This document shows positions 30,948-41,939 of a DNA stretch of 64,000 bases, piece by piece. The number at the start of each line of letters is the position of its first letter. Position 1 is the first letter of the stretch. The DNA is from an uncultured bacterium (lineage in GTDB: Bacteria > Hydrogenedentota > Hydrogenedentia > Hydrogenedentales > Hydrogenedentaceae), in assembly GCA_938014335.1 (NCBI GenBank), contig CALLRP010000003.1:112614-176613 (forward strand), read 5' to 3'. The notes under the pieces were generated by a model. It was not told the origin of the DNA, made no database searches, and saw nothing but the letters and a program-made list of their open reading frames with translations. Position numbers and translations under genes: made by a program.

Positions 30948-32365
30948 ATATCAGGACTGTCTGACTCGTCTAACCTGTCCGAGAAATCAATTCCATTATT
31001 TCTGGAAAATCCAAAACTAATAGAGAAACCTTCTAAGACAGCGGTAATTGCAGTTTTAGGATTTAAAAATTCTATGAGCGGCATTTGGGAATAATCTTTT
31101 TGTTCCTTAATGGTGACATAACACAGAACCGCTGATATAAAACACAGTATTCCACTGGCGATAAAGCATATTTGAAAGCCAGTCCACGCAAAACGGTAGA
31201 TTATTTGCCCCGCAAAGATAGGGGTTATTCCTAATGCTAATCCAGAAGTAACCGTCCACAGATTTGTATAAGGAATCCGCTGACTTTCTGGAACCATATT
31301 TAGCATCGCTCGATGGACAGATGTCCAGAATGCTGCTGAAAATATAGTAATCAAGACGATTAGAACGGGGACAAGATAATATACCCATGGGTAGCGAGGA
31401 ATAAACTCAACAAAAGGGATCACTAATAATGCATGACAGAGCAAAGCACGGAGTATGGCAGGAGAACTCCCAAATCTATCGGAGTAGCGTCCCCAGGCAG
31501 GTGCCGTCAACATGATGAATAAGCTTCCAAGTGAACTAATAGTAAGAATACTCTTTTCGGATAGTTTTAACACATCTCTCAAGTAAAGGACATAAATAGA
31601 ACTAAACCAGTTGGTAGCACTTAATGATAAGAATGCAGGGATTAGAAACAGGAGATAGGTTTTATCTTTTAATACAGGACCATAGGGACGATAAAAATCT
31701 GCCCATCGTATAGATGTCTGTCTCCCTTTTCCGCCGGGAACACGAGCCATCCAGAACAAACTTAATAATCCGCCTAATATACCCACAGCATAGATAATCA
31801 AGAATTGTCCCACTGTTGGGCTTTTCCCCAAAAAGAAACCCTGAGAAAGCAAAATAGCAACATTAACCAATTGGACGGTACCTGCTTCTGCACTGAAATA
31901 AAGGCCCCGTTGCTCATAAGGAACAACTTCATGAAGCCACGGTAGCCATCCTCCGGCACCCACCGCACGAGCCAGACAAAAACCTAATGTTAATGTAATA
32001 AGCAAAGCCCATCCTGCCTTTTCACCATACCGAGCCATGACAAAGGGCATTGCAAAAATAGGAATCATAATGAGATTTCGGATAAACCAAGTGTATAACA
32101 TAAGATTTTTAGGCCCTATGCGTGTAACAAAAGGCACCATAAAAACGGCGAGCAATGTTGTAAACGGTAGTAATGAAATAAGGATACCTACACGGTCTGC
32201 AGGCATACCAATCGTTCGGGCAAACAACACCATTGCCGGACCTACAATACACTGCCACGATATTACATTAAAGGAAGTGAACGCTAAATATTTTCGCGGT
32301 GCAGTGTTGAGTTCAATAACAGCACGGGTAATAGGAATTTTGCGGAAAAGTGACAAGAAAATCAT
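30944..32365 (-). CDS. MFS-superfamily transporter (12 TM)
   Basis: 473 aa, twelve hydrophobic segments. Co-directional and 4 nt from ltaE. Confidence 0.75.
   Translation of the reverse strand: MIFLSLFRKIPITRAVIELNTAPRKYLAFTSFNVISWQCIVGPAMVLFARTIGMPADRVGILISLLPFTTLLAVFMVPFVTRIGPKNLMLYTWFIRNLIMIPIFAMPFVMARYGEKAGWALLITLTLGFCLARAVGAGGWLPWLHEVVPYEQRGLYFSAEAGTVQLVNVAILLSQGFFLGKSPTVGQFLIIYAVGILGGLLSLFWMARVPGGKGRQTSIRWADFYRPYGPVLKDKTYLLFLIPAFLSLSATNWFSSIYVLYLRDVLKLSEKSILTISSLGSLFIMLTAPAWGRYSDRFGSSPAILRALLCHALLVIPFVEFIPRYPWVYYLVPVLIVLITIFSAAFWTSVHRAMLNMVPESQRIPYTNLWTVTSGLALGITPIFAGQIIYRFAWTGFQICFIASGILCFISAVLCYVTIKEQKDYSQMPLIEFLNPKTAITAVLEGFSISFGFSRNNGIDFSDRLDESDSPDI
30952..30988 (+). repeat. Copy C of the short conserved intergenic repeat (core GTCTAACCTGTCCGAGA)
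   Basis: Shares a 17/17 or 16/17 core with the copies at 33471-33508 (inverted) and 51101-51132. Overlaps the last codons of the MFS gene. Confidence 0.5.
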
Positions 32366-32368
32366 ATA

Positions 32369-33379
32369 TCAGTTTAACTTTGTAAAGGTCTCCAGTACAT
32401 ATTCAAATTGTGAATCTGTAATATCTCGATGAAAAACAACGCGAATGTATTTTTCATGAACCGAATTTATAAGGATATTTTTTTCGCGTAATGTTTGGGC
32501 AAACGAGTGAGCATTTTTAACATGGACAAACAAAATATTTGTTGGAGAAGGAAGTGGGAATATCCAACCTTTTTCTTCGAGAGTTCTACGGAAGAGTATA
32601 GCTCGCTCATGGTCTTTGTGTAGGTCATCTATGTGATGTTTCAGGGCATAGAGACCTGCCGCTGCAAGTACACCTGCTTGTCTCATCCCACCCCCTAATA
32701 ATTTTCGAAATTTTCGAGCCCGTTGAATAAGCTCTTTCGGCCCACAGAGGACCGATCCTGCGGGAGCACCCAGTCCTTTAGACAAACAGAAATTTATTAA
32801 ATCACAGGGTTCTGCAAGATATTTTGCCTCAATATTACAGGCAATAGCAGCATTAAAAATTCGTGCCCCATCACAATGCAATTTCATACCTAATTGACGG
32901 CAAACCCTTCCAATACGGGATACTTCTTCATAATCGTAACAGGCACCTCCACCGCGGTTTACAGTATTTTCAATAGATACTAATGTAGTGGGGGCACGAT
33001 GTATATCTGTTGCAGAATTATAGCGGACAAGAATATCCTCTTCCGAAATCTTGCCAAGTATTCCGGGGACAGTCAGGGGCAAAATATTAGCAATTCGTGT
33101 TATACCCCCTACTTCGTAGTGAATAGTATGAGCCTGTTCAGCAAGAATTACCGCATCGCCAGGATAAGTTAATGTTAGAAAAGCAACCAGGTTTGACATG
33201 GTTCCACTGGGATTAAACAGACCCGCCTCTTTTCCCATTAGTTCCGCCGCGTATTGTTCCAATTCAATAACCGTGGGGTCTTCACCATAGACATCATCTC
33301 CTACCTCCGCTCTTGCCATGGCTTCACGCATACCGGCAGAGGGCTTTGTTACTGTATCGCTACGCAAATCAACAAACAT
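32369..33379 (-). CDS. ltaE: Low-specificity L-threonine aldolase
   Basis: MFVDLRSDTVTKP N-terminus and the PLP-dependent threonine aldolase (beta-eliminating lyase) pattern throughout. Confidence 0.85.
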   Translation of the reverse strand: MFVDLRSDTVTKPSAGMREAMARAEVGDDVYGEDPTVIELEQYAAELMGKEAGLFNPSGTMSNLVAFLTLTYPGDAVILAEQAHTIHYEVGGITRIANILPLTVPGILGKISEEDILVRYNSATDIHRAPTTLVSIENTVNRGGGACYDYEEVSRIGRVCRQLGMKLHCDGARIFNAAIACNIEAKYLAEPCDLINFCLSKGLGAPAGSVLCGPKELIQRARKFRKLLGGGMRQAGVLAAAGLYALKHHIDDLHKDHERAILFRRTLEEKGWIFPLPSPTNILFVHVKNAHSFAQTLREKNILINSVHEKYIRVVFHRDITDSQFEYVLETFTKLN

Positions 33380-33470
33380 ATAAAATACTCCTGATAATTA
33401 TGGCCAGGGAAAGTTATTATCGGTTGGATATTATTATAATAAACTATAGAGGGAATATCCATCGTTATTA

Positions 33471-33508
33471 TCTCGGACAGGTTAGACAGGGCGGACAAGT
33501 CCGACAAG
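33471..33508 (-). repeat. Copy A (inverted orientation) of the conserved intergenic repeat
   Basis: Reverse complement reads cttgtcggacttgtccgccctgtctaacctgtccgaga. Lies between the GGDEF gene stop and the ltaE start. Confidence 0.5.
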
Positions 33509-33540
33509 AACATATCATTTCAGAGTAAAATTTTTGTGCC

Positions 33541-34485
33541 TTATTTTACAACGACCTGATTTCTGCCTTTATTCTTTGCCTCATAAGTTGCATCATCAAC
33601 TCGTTTAAGTACATCCGTGGGGGTTGGGTCTTCTGAGGAAATCTCTGTTACACCCGCACTGAGGGAAAGGTGGATAGAATAATTCTCATAACGAAAGGTG
33701 GTATTTTCAACTTTTGTGCGAAGTTTATCCGCTACAATTAATGCAGAATTAGAATCAATACCGGGAAGTATTAACGCAAATTCTTCACCCCCATACCGAG
33801 CAAGGAAATCGGAAACCCGTTTTTCATCATTAAGTAATGAAGCAATAGCACGAAGGATGCGGTCTCCTGCAATATGCCCATAAGTATCGTTGACTTCTTT
33901 GAAATGATCTAAATCAATCATGATAATGGAAAATTTTTGCCCATACCTTTTAAAACGCGTAAATTCTTCATTTAATCTCTTATCAAATGACGCACGATTA
34001 TTTACCTGTGTCAAGAAGTCCGTATTAACATCGCGTGATAATTTTTCTAAAATCTGCTCCTGTTCTTTTAATTTCTTTTGAGCTTCATTGAGTTGTTGTT
34101 GATAATTGTTTGTCGAGTCCTTCATTTTTTCTACTGCTTGAAGTAGCAACCTCTCTACTTGTTGAATGGTTGCTAATGTTTCCGCTTTTTTTAACTGACT
34201 TGCCTGTTCATCCAAATTATTCCCATACCTTACTGTATCGTCCAATAAATTTTGCACATGCGATTCCAGATTTTTCAACAATCCATGAACAACTAACTTC
34301 ATTTTTTCTATTTCACTTACTGCTTTTTGGTTCTCTTCGCTCTTTATTTCCGGTTGTTCAATAAATGTATTCTCCACAGAAGAGATACGGGTAGTGGCAA
34401 GTTTGCGCCATAACCATAACCATAGACCGATTACCAACGCCAGCCCCGCTACAAAAATAATAATTAAAAAAAGTTCAATATTCAT
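33541..34485 (-). CDS. Diguanylate cyclase (TM + coiled-coil + GGDEF domain)
   Basis: N-terminal TM helix, long coiled coil, and C-terminal GGDEF domain with an intact GGEEF active site (RYGGEEFALIL). Confidence 0.8.
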   Translation of the reverse strand: MNIELFLIIIFVAGLALVIGLWLWLWRKLATTRISSVENTFIEQPEIKSEENQKAVSEIEKMKLVVHGLLKNLESHVQNLLDDTVRYGNNLDEQASQLKKAETLATIQQVERLLLQAVEKMKDSTNNYQQQLNEAQKKLKEQEQILEKLSRDVNTDFLTQVNNRASFDKRLNEEFTRFKRYGQKFSIIMIDLDHFKEVNDTYGHIAGDRILRAIASLLNDEKRVSDFLARYGGEEFALILPGIDSNSALIVADKLRTKVENTTFRYENYSIHLSLSAGVTEISSEDPTPTDVLKRVDDATYEAKNKGRNQVVVK

Positions 34486-34601
34486 ATTAAATAAAATTTA
34501 ACAATACAGATTAATACATTAAAATAAATTAAATAATATATATAATTATGATAAAAGACCTCAGACTGTCCGCATATTATAAATTCAAGAATAACATGAA
34601 T

Positions 34602-36650
34602 TCAATATTCATAATTCCCACGCCAGGGAAGAAATGCAGACATACCCTCGTAGGTATGGATTTGATATAAATTCCCATCAAAGGAATATTGAATGGACAA
34701 TTCAGACATCTTATCCGATGGAATTTCAGATAAATAAGATGGGATTAAGTATTCCAGTGAAGGAGGATATGAGGCATTATCAAGAGCATACCACTCTATA
34801 GCCAGGAATAAGCGAGACATAAGCAAAGTCGCTTGTACATGTCTTTTGTGCTGTTCTTGTGCGGTGCTTGGGGGAAAAATTATTTTCCGCAAATCTTCCA
34901 GAGGGGAGGTATTTATTTCTGCAGGACTCTCTTCCGCGGGTAACTTCAAAAATTCGTTCCATCGAGATTGAATTTCATAATCAGCCACTTTGTTTAACCA
35001 TTCTTTTTCCTCTGTTTCTTGTAAGAAATTCTGTAACCCTTGCTTTAGAGCAGGAATTGTTGGAAATTCTGCTTGTGCCCAAACTGCAATTTGACGATAT
35101 TCGTTATATCTCAATGGGTATGTTTCTTTCGTCATTTTCTCCGCCCTATCAAGGATACCCATCCCTTCCCGAAACTGTTGCGGAGTTAATAAATGCAGAC
35201 GAGCCAATTCACGAAGAGCAATCCCCGCGGACTCAATAGCAAAGAAAAGAAGATGAATTAATTTCCCATATACTTGTTTTTGAATGGATTCAGCAAACTG
35301 CATAAGGCCATTAACATCTATAATTAAAGTTTCTGAAGGTTGCCTGCTGGTGAGCAGGATATTTAGGGTAAATAGTTCAAAAAAGTTCTGAAATGCTTCA
35401 ATAGAAAAAGGGGACTCTCCGGGTATCGCAGAGGAGGGAATTAATCCGCGTTCATAAGATACACCGGAACGCCAGGTCTGAAAACTTTCCTGGAAATTAG
35501 CAAAAGTAGCTATTACCTCATCAGGAATAGGATTGGCAGGACCCGCAAGTAATTGTTCCCATGTGGGCTGAAGCATCATTACATCCATAGAAGGAACCGT
35601 CTCTACCGCAAGCAAATAATAATAGAAAGCATCGGTGGGTAAAAAGTCGCGGGAAGTATAATACGGCACCTCCTTCAATTTTCGTAACTCGTCATATCGG
35701 CTATATAAAAGTTGAAAAAACTTTTTATTTAAGTCAATATTGAGGCCCTGCTTCTTATCAGGAGAGGGCGTCCCTTGTGTCTGTGTATTATCCACATGGG
35801 TAGATGGGGAAGTTTGTTGTAGGCGGTTTGTGCTTTCTTCTTTAGGGGGTAAAGGAGAAGGTGTTTCGTTTTGTATCGGTGTATTCACCAACAACGGTGT
35901 ATCATCTCGAATTTCGTCTTTTTTATTAAGAAATATTGTAAAAATAAACAGAATTGAAAGTGTAATCGTCGCCAGAAATAACGACATAAACACAGCAAGG
36001 AGTTTTTTATTCCTTTTTCTTTGAATTTTAGTTGAAGGTAATTGGGGCGATAATGTTTCCTGTAAAAAAGGAAGCACGGCATCATTTAATTGAGAGGGAC
36101 AGGGTTCATATGCATTGGTAATGAGCAATTGGTTGAGCTGAGGAACACCTATATTAATTCTTACCAGACTTAACCCTCTTCGTATATGCTCCATTCCTTT
36201 GGCAATACGCTCTTCAATCCTTTCGCGAGGCTGACGAAGATACGAGACAAGATTGGCAGGTTCTTGTCCTTCAAGAAAATGCAGAATAAGGGGATGTGAA
36301 AATTTTTCGGAAAGGTTAGCAATAAGAACATCGATCCTCTTTTTTATATCATTCCACGAAACAGGAGAGGGTATTTCCGCAGGGAACGGCAAATTTTTGA
36401 TAACTGCCATCGCTTCGCGAGTTGCCTCACGGTGCAGATATACTGCTACAGGGACAGGGGGTAGATTGTCTGATTGCATTAACTTTTTGAAACAGGATTT
36501 AGCAATTTCTAATGCATCCTGTGGGTCATTGGTCAAACGCAGAGCCACGCCATAAACCATTCCGCCATGTCGGGATACCAGTTCGGAGAAAGCCTCTATA
36601 TCCCGCTGTCGTATCCACTGGTCAAGACATTGGTCATCAGTTAATGGCAT
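34602..36650 (-). CDS. ECF-type sigma-70 domain fused through a TM helix to a ~440-aa extracytoplasmic domain (sigma/anti-sigma-like fusion)
   Basis: N-terminal sigma-70 region-2-like segment (FSELVSRHGGMVYGVALRLTNDPQDALE) and a region-4-like HTH (~130-160). Single TM (LLAVFMSLFLATITLSILFIFTIF). Long P/T-rich linker followed by a C-terminal domain with no known motif. Confidence 0.55.
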   Translation of the reverse strand: MPLTDDQCLDQWIRQRDIEAFSELVSRHGGMVYGVALRLTNDPQDALEIAKSCFKKLMQSDNLPPVPVAVYLHREATREAMAVIKNLPFPAEIPSPVSWNDIKKRIDVLIANLSEKFSHPLILHFLEGQEPANLVSYLRQPRERIEERIAKGMEHIRRGLSLVRINIGVPQLNQLLITNAYEPCPSQLNDAVLPFLQETLSPQLPSTKIQRKRNKKLLAVFMSLFLATITLSILFIFTIFLNKKDEIRDDTPLLVNTPIQNETPSPLPPKEESTNRLQQTSPSTHVDNTQTQGTPSPDKKQGLNIDLNKKFFQLLYSRYDELRKLKEVPYYTSRDFLPTDAFYYYLLAVETVPSMDVMMLQPTWEQLLAGPANPIPDEVIATFANFQESFQTWRSGVSYERGLIPSSAIPGESPFSIEAFQNFFELFTLNILLTSRQPSETLIIDVNGLMQFAESIQKQVYGKLIHLLFFAIESAGIALRELARLHLLTPQQFREGMGILDRAEKMTKETYPLRYNEYRQIAVWAQAEFPTIPALKQGLQNFLQETEEKEWLNKVADYEIQSRWNEFLKLPAEESPAEINTSPLEDLRKIIFPPSTAQEQHKRHVQATLLMSRLFLAIEWYALDNASYPPSLEYLIPSYLSEIPSDKMSELSIQYSFDGNLYQIHTYEGMSAFLPWRGNYEY

Positions 36651-36739
36651 TGTGCGTTTACACTTTCCTGCTTAATTCAAATTGCATACTTATTGTATCG
36701 CAAACTATAAAAAAACCCAAACAAGACTACATCCTTATT

Positions 36740-38740
36740 TTACAGCCCTAATTCAATTTGCATCTTTTGGAGATACAGCATTTTATCACGGTATACAACC
36801 GCTTCTTCAAAGTCCATTCGTTCCGCACAATCAAACATAAGTTGCCGTAGTCTCTCAATCTCACGGGGGATATTCTCCGGTAGGACATTGTATTCCGTAG
36901 TTCCCTCCGCTACTTTCAATTGTTTGCGTGAAGTTTTCGTCTTTGCTTGTGGGACAAAATCCGGTATCGGTTTTTGAACGGTACGGGGAATAATTTTATA
37001 CTTCCGATTATATGCGAGTTGCTTTTTTCGTCTTCGTTCCATCTCACGGATAGCCCTTTCCATAGAGGAAGTTCTCTGGTCGGCATACATAATAACTTTA
37101 CCATTGATATTTCGTGCGGTTCGGCCACAAGTCTGAATAAGGCTCGTCTCAGAGCGCAGATATCCCTCTTTGTCAGCATCGAGAATAGCCACCAATGAAA
37201 CTTCGGGGATATCCAATCCTTCCCGCAATAGATTAATGCCAATTAGCACATCAAATTCACCTCGTCGTAAATCGCGAATGAGTTCAATCCGCTCAAGCGT
37301 ATCTACATCCGAATGCATATATCGAACTCGTAGACCAATCCGACGATAATATTCTGTCAGTTCCTCTGCCATGCGTTTTGTGAGGGTAGTAACAAGAATG
37401 CGTTCCCCTTTTTCCACTCGTTTTTTTATTTCCTCCAATAAATCTTGTACTTGGTTCTTTGCTGGGCGAACTTCTACCTCCGGGTCTACCAATCCTGTTG
37501 GACGAACTACCTGTTCAACAATAACTCCCCCTGCTTCCTTTATTTCAAATTCGGAGGGTGTAGCACTCACATAAATAACCTGATTAATTCGTTCCATGAA
37601 TTCGTCAAAAGTCAAAGGACGATTGTCCCGAGCCGAAGGTAATCGAAAACCATACGCAACGAGTTGGTCTTTACGAGAACGGTCTCCGTGATACATAGCC
37701 CGCACCTGAGGAATAGAAATATGACTTTCATCTATTACCAACAGAAAATCTTCAGGGAAGTAATTTAGCAGAGTATACGGTGGTTCGCCCGGCATGCGGC
37801 CATCCAAATGGCGTGAATAATTTTCAATACCCGGGCAATATCCCAATTCTCGGAGCATTTCTAAATCGTATCGTGTTCGTTGTTCTAATCGTTGAGCATA
37901 CAACACTTGATTTTCCGCATATAGTTCTTTCAACCGTTCATTGAGTTCATGTTCTATACTATGTACCGCACGCTCTAATGCATCCTGTGTCGTCGCATAA
38001 TGACTCCCCGGATATATTTCGACATATCGCAACTTGCGATAGGTTATCCCACGAAGCGGGTCAAATTCGGATAGCCCATCAATTTCATCACCAAAATATT
38101 CAATACGGATAGCCCGTTCCGTTTCATACGCAGGGAAAACATCTACCGTATCACCCCGCACACGAAATGTTCCACGATAAAAATCAACATCATTCCGACT
38201 GTATTGCATGGCAACCAGCGAGGCTAATAATTGTTCGCGAGGCATCTCATCCCCAGGACGAAGCTCTACCCGCATCTGGCGATAGTTCTCAGGGGACCCG
38301 ATACCGTAGATACAGGATACCGATGCCACAATAATACAATCCCTTCGAGACAAAACGGCTCGCGTCGCAGAATGTCTCATCTTATCAATTTCATCATTAA
38401 TAGAGGCATCCTTCTCGATATAAGTATCTGTTGTCGGAATATATGCTTCGGGCTGATAATAATCATAATAACTGACAAAATATTCCACAGCATTATGCGG
38501 AAATAATTGTTTAAATTCGCCATATAATTGTGCCGCTAAAATCTTGTTCGGTGCCAAAACTAATGTCGGACGATTAACCTGTTCAATCACATTGGCTATA
38601 GTAAACGTCTTACCCGAACCCGTCACTCCTAATAAAACCTGACTTCGAATCCCTGTATTTAATCCCTCCACCAGCGATTGTATCGCCTCGGGCTGGTCAC
38701 CTGCAGGTCGGAAAGAACTAACTAATTGAAATTTATCCAT
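36740..38740 (-). CDS. uvrB: Excinuclease ABC subunit B
   Basis: Walker [11 protein letters not shown], UvrB beta-hairpin and helicase motifs, C-terminal UVR coiled-coil ([13 protein letters not shown]). 666 aa. Confidence 0.95.
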   Translation of the reverse strand: MDKFQLVSSFRPAGDQPEAIQSLVEGLNTGIRSQVLLGVTGSGKTFTIANVIEQVNRPTLVLAPNKILAAQLYGEFKQLFPHNAVEYFVSYYDYYQPEAYIPTTDTYIEKDASINDEIDKMRHSATRAVLSRRDCIIVASVSCIYGIGSPENYRQMRVELRPGDEMPREQLLASLVAMQYSRNDVDFYRGTFRVRGDTVDVFPAYETERAIRIEYFGDEIDGLSEFDPLRGITYRKLRYVEIYPGSHYATTQDALERAVHSIEHELNERLKELYAENQVLYAQRLEQRTRYDLEMLRELGYCPGIENYSRHLDGRMPGEPPYTLLNYFPEDFLLVIDESHISIPQVRAMYHGDRSRKDQLVAYGFRLPSARDNRPLTFDEFMERINQVIYVSATPSEFEIKEAGGVIVEQVVRPTGLVDPEVEVRPAKNQVQDLLEEIKKRVEKGERILVTTLTKRMAEELTEYYRRIGLRVRYMHSDVDTLERIELIRDLRRGEFDVLIGINLLREGLDIPEVSLVAILDADKEGYLRSETSLIQTCGRTARNINGKVIMYADQRTSSMERAIREMERRRKKQLAYNRKYKIIPRTVQKPIPDFVPQAKTKTSRKQLKVAEGTTEYNVLPENIPREIERLRQLMFDCAERMDFEEAVVYRDKMLYLQKMQIELGL

Positions 38741-38871
38741 AATTAATCTTGAGTAACCTTAGCTTAATCATATAAATTATAAAACATATTATAGAAGGAA
38801 ACTATTTTCTAAACGACGAAGTCTTTAAAACCGTAAGCATACTTGGCATGTGAAACAGAAAGGAAGGGAAT

Positions 38872-40341
38872 ATGAAAAAAAGTATGTACGTGCGGAGTAA
38901 TACTCCAAATGGGTGGTTAGTCAGCCTCTTTTTGCTGGCTATTATCTCTCAAACTGTAGGACTACTGGCTGATGAAACAGCCTCGCAACAATCATCGGAT
39001 TGGTTTGTCCCAAAGATTATTGAAAATCCCGAAGTTAAGGAACTGGATAAGGAAGGGGCAGGCATATTATATCAGGTAGGAGATTTAAGATTGTGCGTTC
39101 TGAAAGGCTCTTACTATGATATGGGTCTTCAACACGGGCGGATGTTAGCACAGAATATCCATCATGTATTCAAAACCGGATACATTAAAAAAGCACTGTG
39201 GGAACGGGGTTATACACCAGAGTACGCGTATGCCCAATCTGCACGAATGGTTAAGCATATCCCGGAAAGGTTTCTTGAAGAAGCAAGGGGAGTAATAGAT
39301 GGATTGAAAAAAGCAGGAATAACCGATATTTCATTGGAAGAACTCCTTTTAGGAACAACGGTTGCTGAAATTCTTCATTTCCCACCCGATAGCCCACCCG
39401 AAAGTGGGAAAGGCTTTTCCCCTGATTCTCCCGAGGTGCACGCGGTAAGCAAGACAGATCTGAGTTCTGTTCCCCAATGCACGAACTTTGCTTTCTGGGG
39501 CAAATGGACAGAAGATGGCAGAATATTACACGCTCGTAATCTCGATTGGAGTTGCAAACGTGATGCTCAGGACGATGCTGTTATCTTTGTATATCATCCC
39601 ACAGATGGAGTTAAGCCCTACATGTTAATGGGATGGGCAGGGGGATTAGGTAGTTTAACAGGAATGAATGCACATCATATATCCGTAGGTCAAGCAACTC
39701 TCCCTAATTCCAATAGCACCTTTGATGGTCGTCCCTGTTTTATCACAGTCCGCTTGATATTAGAACAGGATACCCTCGAAAAAGCAGTAGATATTGTCCT
39801 ACAAGGACCCGAAGCCACCGGCTGGAACTATACTATTGCCGATGCAAAAATAAATTCGGCAAGGAGTATTGAGTCGGACCCTATTATAAAAAATGTTTAT
39901 GGTCCCAACGACCCAAAAGAGAATGACGAAACCAAACATTACGGGCTACCTGACATGATACGGCGAACAAACCACCCCGTAAGCAAGGAGGGATTAGTCG
40001 CTTTAGCAAAACGTGTTGGCCCTTTGATTAAACCCCCCATCCATGTGCAAACATGGGAACAGTTCCAATTAGTGTTATTCCTTTTTACCCATCACAATAC
40101 ATATGATCGGTATGATTGGTTAGGAAAACAATTTCAATCTCAAGAAGGAAAAGGTCCTATAACCGTTCAGACCGCTTTGGAATGGCTTGCAAACGGACCG
40201 GTTCATAACCCGGAGACTCTTCATTCCTGTGTATTCGACCCTAAAAATTTAATCGTTTATGCTTCTGTTGCAGGCAATAATCCCGTAGTAACGGCGTCCC
40301 ACTGTCCTTATACAAAAATTGATATGAAACAATGGTTTTAA
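38872..40341 (+). CDS. Secreted Ntn-hydrolase-like protein (C45 peptidase / acyl-CoA:6-APA acyltransferase family candidate)
   Basis: Signal peptide. Internal Cys nucleophile context CTNFAFWGKWTEDGRILHARNLDW, typical of the C45/choloylglycine-hydrolase fold. Confidence 0.45.
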   Translation: MKKSMYVRSNTPNGWLVSLFLLAIISQTVGLLADETASQQSSDWFVPKIIENPEVKELDKEGAGILYQVGDLRLCVLKGSYYDMGLQHGRMLAQNIHHVFKTGYIKKALWERGYTPEYAYAQSARMVKHIPERFLEEARGVIDGLKKAGITDISLEELLLGTTVAEILHFPPDSPPESGKGFSPDSPEVHAVSKTDLSSVPQCTNFAFWGKWTEDGRILHARNLDWSCKRDAQDDAVIFVYHPTDGVKPYMLMGWAGGLGSLTGMNAHHISVGQATLPNSNSTFDGRPCFITVRLILEQDTLEKAVDIVLQGPEATGWNYTIADAKINSARSIESDPIIKNVYGPNDPKENDETKHYGLPDMIRRTNHPVSKEGLVALAKRVGPLIKPPIHVQTWEQFQLVLFLFTHHNTYDRYDWLGKQFQSQEGKGPITVQTALEWLANGPVHNPETLHSCVFDPKNLIVYASVAGNNPVVTASHCPYTKIDMKQWF

Positions 40342-40401
40342 ATTACATTAGGGACAAGGGTTCATACCTTGTCCCTATATATTATTTTATAATATCCTCA
40401 A

Positions 40402-41370
40402 TTAATGCTGGTGGTTTGCTGCGTGGGACGCTTCATGAATAACTATTCCCGCACTATTTACAGGGAACAAATTACCTTTATTAATATCGCCTTCAGAATG
40501 GGGAACAAATTTTAAAAATTCCACATGTCCATCCATGTATAAGACATTGCATCCCCCTGGAACATGATTGAAATGAGACACATCATCACCTGATATTTCA
40601 TCCCACATTACAGGCAGAATAGACTGTGCCATATTGGCACTGGCAGGATTATTGATATCAGTAATCAAAAATCGTTCAATTCCTTCACGTAAACGGTATG
40701 CCTGACGAGTACTTGCAAGTAAGGAAGGAATAGGTACAATAGGAAAGTTCCAATCTTCATCTGCATATCGCTTGCATTGCTGGGTCGTATTGGCAGGATT
40801 GGTTATACGCTCCACTAATTCTTCCACAGCAAGTTCAAAGAATTGAAAATCCTCATCCGCCTGGAATAAAGTTGGATTAATAGCCCAGCCAAAATATACA
40901 TACGGATGTTCGTAGACCTCACAAGGCTCCACAACTCCATTTCTATGTATAGGAACACCATTAATAAACATGTGTCCTTCCTCAACGGCTTCTTCATAAG
41001 TAGTTGACGGATTTTTCCCTTCATCCCATAACTGCAATGCAGGACCTGCCCATGGAGAACTGGGACAAACCAAAACCTGGAAATCATTCAGATACTCCGG
41101 ATACATCGTTTCCATGTCTATCATCGTCGCAAGACCGATAGTGGGTGTCCCATTACAGTTGGTAGATTTAATTGGCGGGAAGCGTTCCCCTTTTGTTTCG
41201 TTCGCATACATCTTTAAGGCAAGACCTAATTGCTTCAGATTGTTCGCACAGGATGAACGCCTTGCTGATTCCCTTGCCCGTGCTAATGCTGGCAATAATA
41301 TCGCTGCAAGAATGCCTATAATGGCTATTACGACGAGTAACTCAATAAGAGTAAAACCATATTTTTTCAT
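40402..41370 (-). CDS. Prepilin-type N-terminal cleavage/methylation domain protein of the DUF1559 family
   Basis: [52 protein letters not shown] is the canonical type IV pilin-like leader plus DUF1559 N-terminus. C-terminal [12 protein letters not shown] motif. Confidence 0.85.
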   Translation of the reverse strand: MKKYGFTLIELLVVIAIIGILAAILLPALARARESARRSSCANNLKQLGLALKMYANETKGERFPPIKSTNCNGTPTIGLATMIDMETMYPEYLNDFQVLVCPSSPWAGPALQLWDEGKNPSTTYEEAVEEGHMFINGVPIHRNGVVEPCEVYEHPYVYFGWAINPTLFQADEDFQFFELAVEELVERITNPANTTQQCKRYADEDWNFPIVPIPSLLASTRQAYRLREGIERFLITDINNPASANMAQSILPVMWDEISGDDVSHFNHVPGGCNVLYMDGHVEFLKFVPHSEGDINKGNLFPVNSAGIVIHEASHAANHQH

Positions 41371-41465
41371 ATAAAACCTCCTTAAAAAATATAAATTAAA
41401 ATAAAACCGATTGAAAAAGAAAAGATTGAAAATGTAGGAAAAAATAGATTTTTATTGTGAGTGGA

Positions 41466-41804
41466 TTAGACAATTAAAGGAGGAGCACGGGAAAGATCTA
41501 ACAGTATGGACGAAAAATGAAAAGGATTTTTTTGGATTTGGTCCACAATTTTGATGATGAACACAAAAGCAAATGTGATAAGCAGAAGAGCAAAGCTGTT
41601 CCATTGTAGAACAAACCAACAAATAGGACAGAATTCTTCAGAATGCCCCAATTCAGGTTCATAGCAAAGGGAATGAATATGATGATGATGTAAAAATAGA
41701 GGGAAAGAAATAGATAGAAGCAAAGATAAACCGAGAAAAGCATATAAAACGCGGAGAATATATGTTTTATTTTTCATTTCAAATGCATCTCTATAGTAAT
41801 ACAA
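41466..41804 (-). CDS. Small membrane protein with His-rich/Cys motif (LHHHHIHSLCYEPE...CPICW)
   Basis: 112 aa, two hydrophobic helices flanking an H5/Cys-containing loop. Lies upstream of the DUF1559 gene on the same strand. Confidence 0.35.
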   Translation of the reverse strand: MYYYRDAFEMKNKTYILRVLYAFLGLSLLLSISFPLFLHHHHIHSLCYEPELGHSEEFCPICWFVLQWNSFALLLITFAFVFIIKIVDQIQKNPFHFSSILLDLSRAPPLIV

Positions 41805-41939
41805 TGTAATACTAAATTATAACACTATTCTTATTCTGTTTCAAATCCTCTCTCTGGAATATACAATCCCTTGAAAAAAATTTCAAGGTACTAAATTACT
41901 TGTGCTAATATACAAAAACAATTAAAGAAAGGAAACAAC

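Noticed and set aside
33313-33528. + strand 71-aa ORF spanning the ltaE start and the repeat copy A
   Set aside because: It overlaps the ltaE coding start antisense, has no RBS, and its C-terminus (GQVRQGGQVRQ) is simply the translation of the repeat. Treated as spurious.
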